DNA from: Myxococcota bacterium
GTDB lineage: Bacteria; Myxococcota; JACRCW01
DNA: 64,000 nucleotides
Assembly (NCBI GenBank): GCA_040752415.1
Contig: JBFMGU010000009.1
Coordinates: 1 to 64,000, forward strand
Direction of reading: 5' to 3'
Shown: positions 18,900 through 29,373 of the stretch, one piece after another
Layout of the letters: each line of letters opens with the position of its first letter
How positions within the stretch are numbered: position 1 is the first letter of the stretch
Notes under the pieces: generated by a model
Databases searched by the model: none
What the model saw: the letters and a program-made list of their open reading frames with translations, nothing else
Told to the model about the DNA's origin: nothing
Position numbers and translations under genes: made by a program

Positions 18900-20189
18900 A
18901 TGGACCAGGGTCTGCTCCACTACCGCAACCGCGAGCTGTGGTGGGGAAAGCACGCGTTGGCGGAGGTGGTGGCAGGTCGCGCCACGCCGTTCTTCCTCGT
19001 CCATGAAGGACGCCTGCGTGCCAACGTGCGCGCGCTGCGCCGCGGCCTCTCCGCCGCTGGTTCGTCGGTGGTGCTGCGCTACTGCGTGAAGACGCACGCG
19101 GAACCCGCAGTGCTGGACGTGCTTGCGCGCGAGGACGTGGAGCTGCTGGTGGCGCACGCGCAGGAGGCCACCTTGGCGCGCGAGTGTGGTTTCTCGTTGT
19201 CACGCATGGCCTACCAGCGACCCGTGCTGGAGACGGAGTTCCTGCGGACCGCGGTGCCGCAGGGCCTCATGCAGGTGCATCTCTCCCGGCCCGAGGACGT
19301 CGACACACTCGAGCAGGTGGAGACCCAAGCGCCCATCCCGGTGTCCTTTCGCATTCGCAACGAAGCGCCCGGCCCCTGGCTCCTGCTCACGCGCCGCCTG
19401 GGATTCTCCGACGACACCGCGCTGCGCACCGCCCGCTCCATGCTCCGCACCCAACGCCTGCGGCTGCGTGCGGTGAACCTCTACGCCGGCACGCAGCTCA
19501 CCTCGGTCGAGCGGTTCCGCGCCGGCCTGGCCCGCTGCTTCCGCCTGGCGCGCAGGCTCGCGGACCTGGGCATCTCCGTCGAGGAAGTCAACGTGGGAGG
19601 CGGGATTCCCTCGCCCACGCTGGGACCGGCAAGCCCGCGGGCGCGGCTCCGTCGTGACGAGGGGGAGCAGCAGGACCCGGTGGAGGCGCTGGAGCGCTTC
19701 TGCGCGCGGCTCGCGGAGGTGTTCGACGAGGAGCGCCGGCGTGCCGGGGTGGGCCCGGTGACCCTGGCCGCGGAGCCCGGTCGTTCCGTGGTGGGGAACG
19801 CGGTGGTCATGGTGACGACGGTGCAAGCGGTGCAAGACCGCTGGGCCTTCCTGGACGCAAGCCGCAACCACCTCGGTGAGTCGCCGCTGGCATGGACGCG
19901 CATGATCCTCCCGCTGCGCGCCCGTCGCGAAAGCGCGCTGATGAACCTGAGCGGTCCCACGCTCAACACCATGGACTTCCTGGACCTGGTGAGACGCGTG
20001 CCGCAACTGGAGCCGGGAGACCTGGTGGCCCTCCACGACGCTGGCGCGTATTCCATCTCCCGCGCGCCACGCTACGCGGGCCTCAACCCGGCCATCCACG
20101 TGCTGCGTGACGACGGAACGGTGGCGCTCGCACGTCGCGCGGAGGACTACCGCGACCTGACGTCGGCCATGGTGCGCTTCCATGGGTGA
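18900..20189 (+). CDS. PLP-dependent group IV (diaminopimelate/ornithine decarboxylase family) enzyme, divergent
   Basis: TPFFL, YCVKTH (PLP Lys), NVGGG, AEPGRSVV, DAGAYS. Confidence 0.85.
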   Translation: MDQGLLHYRNRELWWGKHALAEVVAGRATPFFLVHEGRLRANVRALRRGLSAAGSSVVLRYCVKTHAEPAVLDVLAREDVELLVAHAQEATLARECGFSLSRMAYQRPVLETEFLRTAVPQGLMQVHLSRPEDVDTLEQVETQAPIPVSFRIRNEAPGPWLLLTRRLGFSDDTALRTARSMLRTQRLRLRAVNLYAGTQLTSVERFRAGLARCFRLARRLADLGISVEEVNVGGGIPSPTLGPASPRARLRRDEGEQQDPVEALERFCARLAEVFDEERRRAGVGPVTLAAEPGRSVVGNAVVMVTTVQAVQDRWAFLDASRNHLGESPLAWTRMILPLRARRESALMNLSGPTLNTMDFLDLVRRVPQLEPGDLVALHDAGAYSISRAPRYAGLNPAIHVLRDDGTVALARRAEDYRDLTSAMVRFHG

Positions 20190-21114
20190 GCGGGCGGTGG
20201 TCGTCGGCGCCACGGGCTTCCTGGGCAGCCACCTGGTGCGGGCGCTCGTCGAGCAGCGGCGGGAGGTCCTGGCCGTGTGTCGCAACCCCAACGGCGCCCG
20301 TACCGTGCTTCCAACACCGGTGACCTTTGCGCAGGCCACCCTCCCGCATGCGCCGTGGGAGCGCATCTTCTCCCCGGGGGACACCGTGTTCCTCCTCGCC
20401 GCAACGCGCAACGCGCCGGGTCACAACCTGCACGACTACGTGGCGGTCAACGTGGACGGCGTGGAGCAACTGGTGCAGGCCGCCCGTCGTGCGGGCGTGC
20501 GGAGGGTGGTGCAGGTGAGCACGGCCCTGGCGCTGGATGACACGGCCGGTGCGTGGAGCGTGTATGTGCGCACGCGTCGCGAAGGACTGGACCGGGTGGA
20601 GGCGGTGGCCCGGGACGGGCTTGACGTCGTCAGTGTGCTGCCCGCGCTGGTCTACGGACCGGATCACGCACTGCACCGCAACCGGATCACCAACCAGGTG
20701 CGCGCGCTGCTGCGGAACCGCGTGGCCTGGACGCTCGGCCGTGGCGACGCGAAACGATCACTCGTCTACGTGCGGGACGTGGTGCAGGCGCTGCTGCTGG
20801 CCGAGGGTGTCGTCGGGTGCACGCGACTGGTGGTGGCCGGAGAGGAGCTGAGCCACGCGGAGTTCAACCGGCGTGTGCTGGCGTTGGCTGGCCAGGTGGC
20901 CAGGGTCCAGATCCCGCTGCCCCGACGGGGGGCGATGCTGGCGGCGCGCCTGGTGGATGGAGCGCTGGGAAATCACCCCGGAGCAGGCTATGTGGCCGCG
21001 CTGCGAACGCTAAGCGCAAGCTGGCGGTTCCAGACCACCACCGGGCTTGGTCTCCCGACCACGCCGTTCGACACCGGGGCCCGGGAAACCCTGGCGTTCC
21101 TGGGACGAGAGTGA
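20182..21114 (+). CDS. NAD-dependent epimerase/dehydratase (extended SDR)
   Basis: VVGATGFLGSHL; VSTAL; YVRTR; VYGP; LVYVRDVV. Confidence 0.88.
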   Translation: MGERAVVVGATGFLGSHLVRALVEQRREVLAVCRNPNGARTVLPTPVTFAQATLPHAPWERIFSPGDTVFLLAATRNAPGHNLHDYVAVNVDGVEQLVQAARRAGVRRVVQVSTALALDDTAGAWSVYVRTRREGLDRVEAVARDGLDVVSVLPALVYGPDHALHRNRITNQVRALLRNRVAWTLGRGDAKRSLVYVRDVVQALLLAEGVVGCTRLVVAGEELSHAEFNRRVLALAGQVARVQIPLPRRGAMLAARLVDGALGNHPGAGYVAALRTLSASWRFQTTTGLGLPTTPFDTGARETLAFLGRE

Positions 21115-21909
21115 ATGATGGGCGCGAGCATGGACGACGACACCCGGCGCAGGCAGCGCGCGTTGTGGGACCGCACCGCGGCGTCGTTGCCGGACCTCTA
21201 CGGCGCGCCCACCACGCAGTACTACCGACGTGCGGAGATCGCCTTGTTCCAGCGCGCCTTCGGCGACCTGGCGGGCAAGCGGCTCCTCAAGCTGGACCTC
21301 TGGAACGAAGCGATCAACACGCGCATCCTGCACTGGGCCCAGGAGCGTGGATGTCACGTCACGGGCATGGACCTGAGCGGCGTGGTGGCGCGTCGGGCGC
21401 GGGAGAATGGACGGCACCTCCCGCTGGTGCAGGCGGACATCCGCGACCTGCCCTTCCAGACCGGCAGCTTCGACCTCGTCTACACCATGGGCACCATCGA
21501 GCACATCGACGAGTACCAGCGCGCCGTGAGCGAGGTGCACCGCGTGCTCAAGGTGGGCGGCCGCGCCATCATTGGCGTCCCGCACAAGTGGGACCTCTAC
21601 CTGCGCCCGCTGTGCGTGCAGGTGCTGGAGAGCATGGGCCAGTACCTGTACTCCCCGGAGAAGTCGTTCAGCACTTCCGAGCTGCGTCACACCGTCGAGA
21701 ACAGCGGCTTGCGCGTGGTGCAGCGCACGGGCCTGTTGTCCATGCCGTGGTTCCTGCGCATGGCGGACCTGTTCTTCTACAGCCGCAACATCCCGCTGTG
21801 GCGCCTCTCTCCGCTCCTCACCAAGCCCTTTGAGGTGATGGAGTCCGCCGCGGAGTGGCCCGCCGCCTTCCGCTACCTGGTGGCGGTGGTGGCGGAGAAG
21901 CGGGCGTGA
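21115..21909 (+). CDS. Class I SAM-dependent methyltransferase
   Basis: LLKLDLWNE, ADIRDLPF...FDLVY, EH, VLKVGG. Confidence 0.88.
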   Translation: MMGASMDDDTRRRQRALWDRTAASLPDLYGAPTTQYYRRAEIALFQRAFGDLAGKRLLKLDLWNEAINTRILHWAQERGCHVTGMDLSGVVARRARENGRHLPLVQADIRDLPFQTGSFDLVYTMGTIEHIDEYQRAVSEVHRVLKVGGRAIIGVPHKWDLYLRPLCVQVLESMGQYLYSPEKSFSTSELRHTVENSGLRVVQRTGLLSMPWFLRMADLFFYSRNIPLWRLSPLLTKPFEVMESAAEWPAAFRYLVAVVAEKRA

Positions 21910-23825
21910 TCACCGCGCTTTCCGAGGTCACGCGCGGACGTTTCCTGGCCACGGTGGGCGCGCTGCTCCTCGTCCTCAACTTTGGTCTCTTCTTCAACGG
22001 GCTGCAGAACGGCTTCACCTTCGACGACGAATTCGTCATCGTGAAGAGCCCCTACACGCAGGACCTCTCGCGTGTCGTGGACATCTTCACCGCTCCCAAC
22101 TGGACGGGTGACCGCAAGGTCAAGAACACCTACCGGCCACTGACGGTGGTGAGCTTTGCCGCCAACGCTGCGGTTCTGCCCGGCGCTCCGCCCATGCGCG
22201 TGGTGAACGTGGGGCTTCACGCGCTCACGTGCCTGCTGGTGTTGGTCCTGGCCTGGCAGCTCCTGGGTCGGAAGGACATTGCCCTGGCCACCGCGCTGCT
22301 CTTCTCCGCGCACCCGTTGCACGTCGAGGATGTCACCTCGCTGGTGGGGCGCGCGGAGGTGATGAGCACGTTGTTCTCCCTGCTGGCCTGCGTCCTGTTC
22401 CTGGAGTCCGTTCGCAACGCCAGGCATGCTCACGGCACCACGCTGCGCGTCGTGGCGGCGGGGGCGTATCTGCTGGGAATGCTCAGCAAGGAGTCCGCGA
22501 TTCCCACGGTGGCGCTGCTGGGCATCCTGTACCTGCACGCACTGCAAAACCGTCCCGGGGGCCTTCGCTCGTCGACACCGCGGGAGCACGTGGCGAATGC
22601 CGTTCCATTCCTGCTGGCGTTCTCCGTCTACTTCCTCGCCCGCCACAACGCGATGGGCGTTTTCATCTCCACGCACCTCCACGCCACCACGCGCCTGGAC
22701 AACCCTCTCTTCCACGTCTCCTTCCTCGAGCGCGAGCTCACCGCGCTGTCGGTGTTCGGACGTTACCTCACGTTGTTCGTGTTCCCGGCGCGCTTGTCGG
22801 CGGACTACTCGTATGACGCGATTCCCGTGGTCACCACGCCGTGGACGTTGGAGGTGCTTCTGCCCACGGCGCTGTTGGTTGGTGCATTGGGGTGGTTGCT
22901 CGCGTCGCTGTGGCGCAAGAGCGTGGTGGGAGTGGTGCTCTCGTTGTGGCTGGTTCCCTACGCGTTGTTCTCCAACCTCCTGCTCCTGGTTGGCACCATC
23001 ATGGCGGATCGCCTGATGTACATGCCTTCCGTCGGGCTGTGCCTGCTTGTGAGCATCCTGCTGCTGGACCCGTCGCGCCTGCGTGCCTCCCTGCCCTTCC
23101 GCCTGCCGACGTGGCACCAACAGGCGGCGTGGACTGTCGTCGTTGCCGCAACGCTGGCGTTGGGGGCCCGCACGGTGGCGCGGAACCGCGACTGGAAGGA
23201 TGACTTCACGCTGTTCAGCAGCGCGCTGGAGGTGGTTCCGGGCAGCGCCAAGGTGCGTTTCAACCTGGCACTCGCCCATGCGCGTCGGGGAGAGGATGCC
23301 CAGGCCCTGCAACACGCGGAACGTGCGCTCGCGCTGCTGTCGGACTATCCCGACGCGCGAATCCTCGTCGGCAATCTCTATCAACGCACCGGACAGGCGC
23401 AGAAGGCGGCGGAGGTCTTCCAGGACGGCCAGGTGCCGACGTCGGGCGAGAAGGCCCGGCTCACCCAGGCAGGGCTGCTGCAGGCGCAACAGAAGTGGGA
23501 GGAGCTTCTGGCGTTGAGCCAGGAAGGGCTGCGTCGCAACGCCAACGACGTGAACATGCTCGGATACCAGGCCACCGCGCTCTACGGGCTCAAGCGCTAC
23601 CGGGAGGTGGAGCCGGTGTTGCTGAAGGCGGCTTCCCTCACCCCGGAGCGTCCCATCTTCCACCAGCACCTCGGTGTGCTCTACGCGGAGCAGCTGGGGG
23701 ACCTGGGACGCGCGTTGCAGCACCTGCGCAAGGCCGTGGAGCTGGAGCGCCGTCCCGACGAGGTGGCGAAGCTGCGGACGATGATCACGAAGGTGGAGGC
23801 GGCGCACGCGGGTGGTGGGCACTGA
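21906..23825 (+). CDS. TMTC-like (DUF1736) GT-C membrane glycosyltransferase with C-terminal TPRs
   Basis: FTFDD, YRPLT, HPLHVEDV...GRAE, SKESAI, LSADYS, ADRLMYMPS, RNRDWKD, then TPR helices. Confidence 0.88.
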   Translation: MITALSEVTRGRFLATVGALLLVLNFGLFFNGLQNGFTFDDEFVIVKSPYTQDLSRVVDIFTAPNWTGDRKVKNTYRPLTVVSFAANAAVLPGAPPMRVVNVGLHALTCLLVLVLAWQLLGRKDIALATALLFSAHPLHVEDVTSLVGRAEVMSTLFSLLACVLFLESVRNARHAHGTTLRVVAAGAYLLGMLSKESAIPTVALLGILYLHALQNRPGGLRSSTPREHVANAVPFLLAFSVYFLARHNAMGVFISTHLHATTRLDNPLFHVSFLERELTALSVFGRYLTLFVFPARLSADYSYDAIPVVTTPWTLEVLLPTALLVGALGWLLASLWRKSVVGVVLSLWLVPYALFSNLLLLVGTIMADRLMYMPSVGLCLLVSILLLDPSRLRASLPFRLPTWHQQAAWTVVVAATLALGARTVARNRDWKDDFTLFSSALEVVPGSAKVRFNLALAHARRGEDAQALQHAERALALLSDYPDARILVGNLYQRTGQAQKAAEVFQDGQVPTSGEKARLTQAGLLQAQQKWEELLALSQEGLRRNANDVNMLGYQATALYGLKRYREVEPVLLKAASLTPERPIFHQHLGVLYAEQLGDLGRALQHLRKAVELERRPDEVAKLRTMITKVEAAHAGGGH

Positions 23826-23930
23826 TGCAGCATCGCGTTTCACGACGTGCGTGAGCCCTGGTTCCCGGACCCTTGCCAGCCACAGGCCGTTGGCGCGACA
23901 TCCGTGGTCTTCGGTGACATCCTGCCGGTC

Positions 23931-24875
23931 ATGCGCTGGGAAGAAGAGATTGAACAGGGCATGCGCGTGGCCCGCCGGCTCGAGCGAACCGGCGCCTTCC
24001 AACCACTGTCGCAGGACGCACACGACACGCATGTCTTTCAGTGTCACGACGTTGCCAGCCTGGTGGAGCACCGCCTGGGTGAGGTGGTGGATCCCTACGC
24101 CTGCGACGAGCAGCGCGCCGCGGAATGGCTGGGCAAGGCCAGCGTGACGGGCGAGGTGGGCAGTCCGCACTCCGAGTACCAGCGTCCATTCTGGCTGATG
24201 CACGACGGTGAGCGCGCAGGGACCGTGGCCGTGGCCACCGCCACGCTGGGCGGCACCACGCTGCGGGTCTCCAGCCTCTTCATCCTTCCCCGCTGGCGCC
24301 GTCGGGGAATTGCGCGGCGCGCGTTGCAGGCCATCAACCAGGCCGCACTCGCCGAGGGACTGCACGGAATCCGATTGAGCACCGAGTGGTGCTGGACGCC
24401 AACGGTGCGCTTCTACCTGGACATTGCCATGTGGATCTGGGGCTGGAAGCGAAACCTGGACTTCATCTGGCGCACCGACCTTCCAACGTGGCGCATGGAG
24501 CTGCAGGGTGATGACGCACGATTCCTGGTGACGCGTGGTGACGTCGAGGAGACCCTCATCGAGGCGCGTCGTGTCGGAGACCGGCTCCTATGGCGGGAGG
24601 CCGCGTCCCCCACCGAAGGCGACGATCACGACGAAGTGCGCTTCCTGGCACCGGGTACGCTCGCCACCGCGCTGGCCGTTCACGGGTGGCCGCTCCTCCG
24701 CAGCGACGCGGAATGGCAGGAGCAACTCGCGCGCGGGTGGTCGGACATGGGTGGGCCCGAGGGGCTCGCCTTCAAGATCCGTCTGTTCGAGGCGTGGAGC
24801 CGGAAGCACGGCTGGCGGGTGGAGGCACCGCGGATTCCGGGGCTGGACTACCCCGAGTGGGACGCGTTGGAGTGA
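23931..24875 (+). CDS. GNAT-family N-acetyltransferase domain protein
   Basis: LFILPRWRRRGIARRAL acetyl-CoA motif; VRFYL; start could be 23847. Confidence 0.8.
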   Translation: MRWEEEIEQGMRVARRLERTGAFQPLSQDAHDTHVFQCHDVASLVEHRLGEVVDPYACDEQRAAEWLGKASVTGEVGSPHSEYQRPFWLMHDGERAGTVAVATATLGGTTLRVSSLFILPRWRRRGIARRALQAINQAALAEGLHGIRLSTEWCWTPTVRFYLDIAMWIWGWKRNLDFIWRTDLPTWRMELQGDDARFLVTRGDVEETLIEARRVGDRLLWREAASPTEGDDHDEVRFLAPGTLATALAVHGWPLLRSDAEWQEQLARGWSDMGGPEGLAFKIRLFEAWSRKHGWRVEAPRIPGLDYPEWDALE

Positions 24876-24968
24876 ACGACGAAGGTGGGATGGCGGCGGG
24901 CGTGGGGTCACGAAGCGGGTGACCGTGCTGCCATGTCCACGCCCGTTTAGCCAGAGGCGAAGCGGAGA

Positions 24969-26780
24969 CTAAGCGCGTTCCTGCGCCAGCTCCCACTTCT
25001 CCGGGGAGCGCCACAGGCGTCCCTTGAGCAGCTCACGCTCGTAGATGAACTCCTTGGGGAGCCGGTCAAAGAACTTGTCGAAGTGCTCCTCGTGCTCCTT
25101 GACCTCGGCCTTGCCGGCCTCCCGGTCAATGGCCATGAGCTCGTAGAACTTCTTCGTGTCGAAGGTCAGGCCCTTCCACTCGATGTCCTCGTGACGCGGC
25201 ATCCAGCCAAACGGGCTCTCCACGCCGTAACCGCGGCCATTCACGCGCTCCACAATCCACTTCAGCACGCGCATGTTCTCGCCGTAGCCCGGCCACATGA
25301 ACTTGCCGTTCTCGTCCTTGCGGAACCAGTTGACGCGGAAGATGCGCGGCGGGTTGGAGAGCTTGCGACCGACGTTGAGCCAGTGCGTGAAGTAGTCGGC
25401 CATGTTGTAGCCACAGAAGGGCAGCATGGCCATGGGGTCCCGACGCATGGCCGCCTGGCCCACCGCCGCCGCCGTGGCCTCGGAGCCCATGGTGGCCGCC
25501 AGGTACACGCCGTGCGCCCAGTTGAACGACTGGAACACCAGCGGCATGTTCTTGGACACGCGACCACCGAAGATGAACGCGCTGATGGGCACGCCGCTGG
25601 GGTTCTCCCACTGCGGGTCCACGCTGGGGCACTGGCTCACCGGCGCGGTGAAGCGCGCGTTGGGATGCGCCGCGGGCTCCTTGGACTCCGGCGTCCAGTC
25701 GCGGCCCTTCCAGTCGATGAGGTGCGCGGGCGCTTCCTCCGTCATGCCCTCCCACCACACGTCACCGTCGTCGGTGAGGGCCACGTTGGTGAAGATGCAG
25801 TTGGCGTGCAGCGTGGCAATGGCGTTGGGGTTGGTCTTGGCGCCCGTACCCGGTGCCACGCCAAAGAAGCCGGCCTCGGGGTTGATGGCGTAGAGCCGCC
25901 CGTCGGCGCCCGGCTTGATCCAGGCAATGTCGTCGCCCACCGTCCAGATCTTCCAGCCCTCGAAGCCCTTGGGCGGGACCATCATGGCAAAGTTGGTCTT
26001 GCCGCACGCCGAGGGGAACGCCGCCGCCACGTAGGTCTTCTCACCCGCGGGGTTCTGCACGCCCACAATCAGCATGTGCTCCGCCAGCCAGCCCTGGTCG
26101 CGCGCCATCACCGAGGCAATGCGCAGCGCAAAGCACTTCTTGCCCAGCAGCGCGTTGCCGCCGTAGCCCGAGCCAAAGGACCAGATGGTGCGCTCGTCGG
26201 GGAAGTGGCTGATGTAGATGTTCTCCGGGTTGCACGGCCACGCCACGTCCTTCTCGCCGGGCGCCAGCGGACGACCCACGGAATGCAGACACGGAACGAA
26301 CTCACCGTGCCCCAGCGTCTCCAGCACCTTCTGCCCCATGCGGGTCATGATGCGCATGTTGGCCACGGCGTACGGGCTGTCCGTGAGCTGCACGCCAATG
26401 TGCGCAATGTGCGAGCCGATGGGGCCCATGCTGAAGGGGACCACGTACATGGTGCGGCCGCGCATGCACCCGTCGTAGAGGCGGGTCATGGTCTCCTTCA
26501 TCTCGTCGGGGTCGGCCCAGTTGTTGGTGGGGCCGGCGTCGGCCTTGCTCTTGGAGCAGATGAACGTGCGGTGCTCCACGCGCGCCACGTCGCGGGGATC
26601 GGAGCGGCACAGGTAGCTGTTGGGCCGCTTCTTGAGCCGGATGAACGTGCCGCTCTCGACCATCATCTGGCACAGCGAGTCGTATTCCTCCTGCGAGCCG
26701 TCGCACCAGTGGATGCGCTCCGGCTTGCACAGGCGGGCCATGTCGTCGACCCAGGCCAGCAGCTTGGGATTGGTGGTCAT
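24969..26780 (-). CDS. pckG: Phosphoenolpyruvate carboxykinase (GTP)
   Basis: [58 protein letters not shown]. Confidence 0.98.
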   Translation of the reverse strand: MTTNPKLLAWVDDMARLCKPERIHWCDGSQEEYDSLCQMMVESGTFIRLKKRPNSYLCRSDPRDVARVEHRTFICSKSKADAGPTNNWADPDEMKETMTRLYDGCMRGRTMYVVPFSMGPIGSHIAHIGVQLTDSPYAVANMRIMTRMGQKVLETLGHGEFVPCLHSVGRPLAPGEKDVAWPCNPENIYISHFPDERTIWSFGSGYGGNALLGKKCFALRIASVMARDQGWLAEHMLIVGVQNPAGEKTYVAAAFPSACGKTNFAMMVPPKGFEGWKIWTVGDDIAWIKPGADGRLYAINPEAGFFGVAPGTGAKTNPNAIATLHANCIFTNVALTDDGDVWWEGMTEEAPAHLIDWKGRDWTPESKEPAAHPNARFTAPVSQCPSVDPQWENPSGVPISAFIFGGRVSKNMPLVFQSFNWAHGVYLAATMGSEATAAAVGQAAMRRDPMAMLPFCGYNMADYFTHWLNVGRKLSNPPRIFRVNWFRKDENGKFMWPGYGENMRVLKWIVERVNGRGYGVESPFGWMPRHEDIEWKGLTFDTKKFYELMAIDREAGKAEVKEHEEHFDKFFDRLPKEFIYERELLKGRLWRSPEKWELAQERA

Positions 26781-27202
26781 ACCGCCAGCGTGTCTGCTCA
26801 TTGGAACTGCTCCTGCGAATTCGTCCCGGAGACGCCGCGTGGAGGGAGGAGCCACGACGGGCGGAACGCGGTGTCCGCGCGCCGGGAGGGGAAATTTCTG
26901 CGCCCCAGTACCGAGGCCAGTGATGGCAGTCAAGGGTGCCCACGGAGTGCCGAAACCGCATGCATTTCGCGCCGTGTCACGACGGCAAACTGCGTTGCGC
27001 GTTACGCACCTGCGGTGCATTCCCGCGTGGGTTGAAGACCCCGGCGCCCGGACAGCGACGAGGATGCTTGCAGTGACCGCGCTCATGCCACAGCTTGCGT
27101 CAGCGTTCGCGCGCACCACCGGCCGGAGCGGTGCGAACGGATGTATCCACCGCGGCGATGGGATTCCACGGGTTGGTGGTGTTGGGGTAGCCCTTCCGTC
27201 GC

Positions 27203-27874
27203 ATGTCCCGTGTTGATCCCCCGCGCCTGGGTCCGGATGCCGCCCCCTGGGTCCACCTGCCCGGCCACGTTGCCCACGACGAGCTTGAGCGCCTGTCCGC
27301 CGGCGTGGCGAGGTGCATGGGCCTGTTCCGCACCACCGGCGGCCGGAGCAGTCTGGGCCCGCGTTACGGCGTCATCCCCGCCAACGTGATCGCGCGGCAG
27401 CTTCCCGAGGTGACGCGCTTTGGCCACGACGTGGTGCAGCCGTTGCTGGAGCGAGTGTGCGGCGAGCGGGTCAGGCCGCTGCGCAGTGAGCGGCGCGCGG
27501 TGCGGGTGCAATGCTACGAGGGCCGGGACGCGGGATTCCGCTGGCACCGCGACGGGCACACCTACGTGGCGCTGGTGACGTTGGAGAATGACAACCGCGG
27601 CGAGACGCAGATCCTCTCGCGGGCGTGGAGCCGTCGTCTCAAGTACGCGCTGTACGCCGCCTATCCGCTCCCCGGCCTGTTCTCGCTGTTGCCGCGCCAG
27701 TCGGTCACCATGGCTCCCGGGGACGTGCTCCTGATGCGCGGTCGCGAGGTGATCCACCGCGGCGTGACCCTGTCTCCCGACGGAAAACGGGTGCTGCTGG
27801 CCTATTGCTTTGACGAGTGGTGGCGCGAACCGCGCCTCATCAGCGAGCTGGTGGCGAGCGTGATCAACTACTGA
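27203..27874 (+). CDS. 2OG-Fe(II) oxygenase superfamily protein
   Basis: WHRD (HxD)...IHRG (H)...KRVL (R). Confidence 0.75.
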   Translation: MSRVDPPRLGPDAAPWVHLPGHVAHDELERLSAGVARCMGLFRTTGGRSSLGPRYGVIPANVIARQLPEVTRFGHDVVQPLLERVCGERVRPLRSERRAVRVQCYEGRDAGFRWHRDGHTYVALVTLENDNRGETQILSRAWSRRLKYALYAAYPLPGLFSLLPRQSVTMAPGDVLLMRGREVIHRGVTLSPDGKRVLLAYCFDEWWREPRLISELVASVINY

Positions 27875-27995
27875 CGCAAGCTGCGCCACTCCACGGTGCT
27901 GCGCGTCATGCACAACGAGCGTCACCTCGCGCTGTGCCCAAAGGGGCTGCGCCAGAGCAAGGAGCCGAGCGGGCCTGCAGACGTCGTGACCGGGC

Positions 27996-28438
27996 CGCAG
28001 TGCCCACTTTCCGACGAGAAAGTACCCCAGACCAATGTGTGGCCCCGAGCGCAACGGCCTGAACGTGGGGGTTAGGGGCTGCGTCTAAACAAGTTGCCCA
28101 TTCCGTCGTGGCCGGCGAACACCTAACCCCCCACGTTTGTCCCGCTGCGCTCGCTCGCCCCCCTTCCCCACACCCGCTCACCATCGTCAACCATTGCGGG
28201 GAAGGGGGGCACGCATCGGCATTGGCATTGGCATTGGCATTGGGACTTTTTCTCGTCAGAAAGAGGGCAGCTGCGCCCATCAGTTGCCCCCCTTCCCCGG
28301 CTCGGTGACGACGGAAACCTGGGACTGGGGAAGGGGGGCGAGTGAGCGCAACGGCATGAACGTGGGGGGTTAGGTGTTCGCCCGCCTCGCCGACCTGGGC
28401 AGATTGTTCTGCCGCAGCCAGACGCAGCCCCTAACCCC
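27996..28438. repeat. Composite nested inverted-repeat element (REP/BIME/MITE-like) with GCATTG microsatellite
   Basis: 57-bp inverted arms 28114-28170 / 28326-28382; outer IR 28068-28086 / 28420-28438; tandem GCATTG units at 28213-28242. Confidence 0.8.
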
Positions 28439-29129
28439 GACGAGACCGCGCTCCTCCCGTCCCGCGCAGGTAGTACTCGCAGTCGCGCGCCAGCGCGCAG
28501 AGGTCGCACAGGGGCAGCGGAGCGCGACACACCTGCCGCCCGTGACGGACGAGGTTCACGTGGACCGCGTAGGTCCGCTCCTTCGGCACCAGCCGCGCCA
28601 GCTCCCGGTGAGCGTCCTCCGCGCTCATGCGCTCGTCGATGAGGCCCAACCGACGGGTGACGCGGTGCACGTGCGTGTCCACCGGAAACGCCGGCATCCC
28701 CAGCGAGAAGAGCAGCACGCACGCCGCCGTCTTGGGTCCCACGCCGGGCAGGCCCTGCAGCCACGCCATGGCCTCCGAAACCGGCAGGTCCGCCAGGAAG
28801 TCCAGGTCCATGCGTCCACGACGGGCGCGAACCTCCCTCAGCACGGCCTGGATGCGCGGCGCCTTGATGTTGGCCAGGCCCGCGGTGCGGATGGCAGCCA
28901 CCACCTGGACGGAGCGTGCATCCGCCACCCGGTCCCAGTCGTCGCCGAAGCGATCACGAAGCTGCGCGAAGGCGCGGGTGGAGTTCCGGTCGGAGGTGTG
29001 CTGTGAGAGGATGGTGAGCACCAGCTCGCTCACGGGGTCCAGGACCTCGTGGGGCTCGGGCTCGCCGTAGGTCTCGCGGAGCACACGGTCCACGCGCAGC
29101 AGCTTTTGTCGACGTCCCGCCAGGCTCAT
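28431..29129 (-). CDS. nth: Endonuclease III (HhH-GPD glycosylase, 4Fe-4S)
   Basis: ILSQHTSD, LPGVGPKTA, PVDTHV, C-x6-C-x2-C-x5-C. Confidence 0.9.
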   Translation of the reverse strand: MSLAGRRQKLLRVDRVLRETYGEPEPHEVLDPVSELVLTILSQHTSDRNSTRAFAQLRDRFGDDWDRVADARSVQVVAAIRTAGLANIKAPRIQAVLREVRARRGRMDLDFLADLPVSEAMAWLQGLPGVGPKTAACVLLFSLGMPAFPVDTHVHRVTRRLGLIDERMSAEDAHRELARLVPKERTYAVHVNLVRHGRQVCRAPLPLCDLCALARDCEYYLRGTGGARSRRG

Positions 29130-29373
29130 GCGCCGCTCCGAATCACACGCCCCATCCTGCTCCCCAGACGCGTGCTCACACGCTCCGTCCCCATCACGCG
29201 CGCCGCGCACCGCGCCACGCGTCGACGAACATCCGCGAAAGGACGCGAAGACCGACACCGTGGCGGCGTGATGCGCGATCACAAGGCAAGCCGCTGAGGG
29301 ACAGGTATCCGTTCTTGCGACTGTAGGCCACCACCAATACATCGCCTCAGACCCACACACAGCGAGAAAAGAC

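Noticed and set aside
18900..20189. Calling this gene lysA
   Set aside because: The HxGSQ and CE motifs are altered, so the symbol is withheld.
26781..27202. ncRNA or leader in the pckG upstream gap, and the N-terminal extension in the ORF track
   Set aside because: No recognisable RNA motif; PEPCK homology begins at MTTNPKL (26780).
27996..28438. Possible CRISPR array
   Set aside because: Repeats are inverted and irregular, with no constant repeat-spacer period and no cas genes.
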